Shown piece by piece: positions 63,140 to 64,000 of a stretch of DNA of 64,000 nucleotides. The DNA lies in NCBI GenBank assembly GCA_963739455.1, contig CAVUAK010000001.1:1344001-1408000 (forward strand), given 5' to 3'. How positions within the stretch are numbered: the first letter of the stretch is position 1; the number at the start of each line of letters is the position of its first letter. A program made the translations under genes and the position numbers. The DNA comes from an uncultured Gemmatimonadales bacterium. GTDB taxonomy: Bacteria > Gemmatimonadota > Gemmatimonadetes > Gemmatimonadales > GWC2-71-9. The notes below the pieces were generated by a model. That model worked only from the letters and a program-made list of their open reading frames with translations. It was not told where the DNA came from and made no database searches.

Positions 63140-63525
63140 AGGCGGGGAGGGCGGGGAGGGCGGGGATGTTCGGCGCGGTGGCCGGGTCCCTCCTGACGGC
63201 CGGGTTCATGAGCGCCTGGCAGGATCGGTCGTGGTTCGAGCTCGATGGAAGCGACTGGATCGCCATGGAGGCCCCGCAACGCATCGCGTGGACGCAGGGG
63301 TTCCTGGCGGGACGCGCGGTGGGGCAGGTGCCCGATTCAGTGGCTCGCGACACGATTGCCTTTGCGCGGGACCTGACGCGGCTCAAGCAGGATCGCGCGC
63401 TCGCCTTTCCGTATGCGGCTTCGCTGTATGTCTCCCGCATGGGGGACTACTACTACTGGGAAAACAATCGTCCGCATCCGCTGTGGTGGGGCATGCAGGA
63501 CGTGAATGGAGAGTTGAAGAGATGA
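63136..63525 (+). CDS. Hypothetical protein
   Basis: ATGA overlap with the upstream gene, hydrophobic N-terminus. Confidence 0.55.
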   Translation: MKAGRAGRAGMFGAVAGSLLTAGFMSAWQDRSWFELDGSDWIAMEAPQRIAWTQGFLAGRAVGQVPDSVARDTIAFARDLTRLKQDRALAFPYAASLYVSRMGDYYYWENNRPHPLWWGMQDVNGELKR

Positions 63526-64000
63526 AAGACGTGAAGGCGGGGAGGGCGGGGAGGGCGGGGAGGTCGCTTGTTGCTGCGGTCGCGATGGTCGCGTTGGCTG
63601 CGCCACTGGTTGCGCAGACGGCGCCGACGAAGCCAACCACCCTGGCGTTCGACAGCGTGAACGCCGTCATCGCGGCGCTCATCCCGGCGAAGGACCGCGG
63701 CAACGTGCGGAGCATCAAGCTCTCGGCCGCGGGGAAGGAACTGCAGGTCGATGCCGATGTGCGGATGTCGGCGGTGCCGGGACTCGAGATGTTCGGGGCC
63801 ATGGGCTTCGCGCATGTGACCGGCGTGGGTCCGGTGAGCCTGATCAAGCCCGGTACGGTGGGTTGGCAGATCCGCTCGATCGAGGTGGCGGGTGCGCCGA
63901 TTTCGCAGTCGCTATGGGGGCCACTCCTGAGGAAGGGCACGAAGCGCACGGACAACGTGGTGCCGGTGCCGGTGGGTGCGTGGGTGAAGGGGGTGGAGGT
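63522..64000 (+). CDS. Hypothetical secreted protein (partial)
   Basis: ATGA overlap, open frame to the window end, signal-peptide-like SLVAAVAMVALAAPLVAQ. Confidence 0.5.
   Translation, partial: MKDVKAGRAGRAGRSLVAAVAMVALAAPLVAQTAPTKPTTLAFDSVNAVIAALIPAKDRGNVRSIKLSAAGKELQVDADVRMSAVPGLEMFGAMGFAHVTGVGPVSLIKPGTVGWQIRSIEVAGAPISQSLWGPLLRKGTKRTDNVVPVPVGAWVKGVE

Overview
A GC-rich bacterial chromosomal segment. Gene content (Gemmatimonad-style Ser/Thr kinases, Ig-repeat proteins) suggests Gemmatimonadota, but this is inference. Many ordinary genes carry single-base frameshifts (rtcB, amt, uvrD, ku, ligD and others), most likely long-read consensus errors. The standout locus is 17.35-20.9 kb, which the ORF track largely misses. 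It holds two tandem, mutually similar units of an Arg-rich leader peptide plus intrinsic terminator, the second with a clear antiterminator helix. Then come an rrn-type boxA, six non-canonical CCA-less tRNA genes (Asp-GTC, His-GTG, Ile-GAT, Lys-CTT, Gly-TCC, Val-CAC), rtcB, tRNA-Arg(TCG), an HNH nuclease and a small ORF. A 19/21-nt long-range inverted repeat encloses the whole tRNA+rtcB block, like an rRNA precursor processing stem. I interpret this as a candidate translation-stress-induced tRNA replacement/repair operon under ribosome-sensing attenuation. Other content: divergent egtB/egtD, sodC, iorAB-like molybdoenzyme, lemA/DUF2207, dps, amt-glnK, rpsU, an NHEJ cluster (DUF72, UvrD with an internal DEDDh exonuclease, Ku, LigD), alaX, an Asn-tip EF-P, and a PQQ dehydrogenase flanked by two sulfocyanin-like copper proteins. 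Short 7/8/9-mer tandem repeats and apparently leaderless genes occur throughout.
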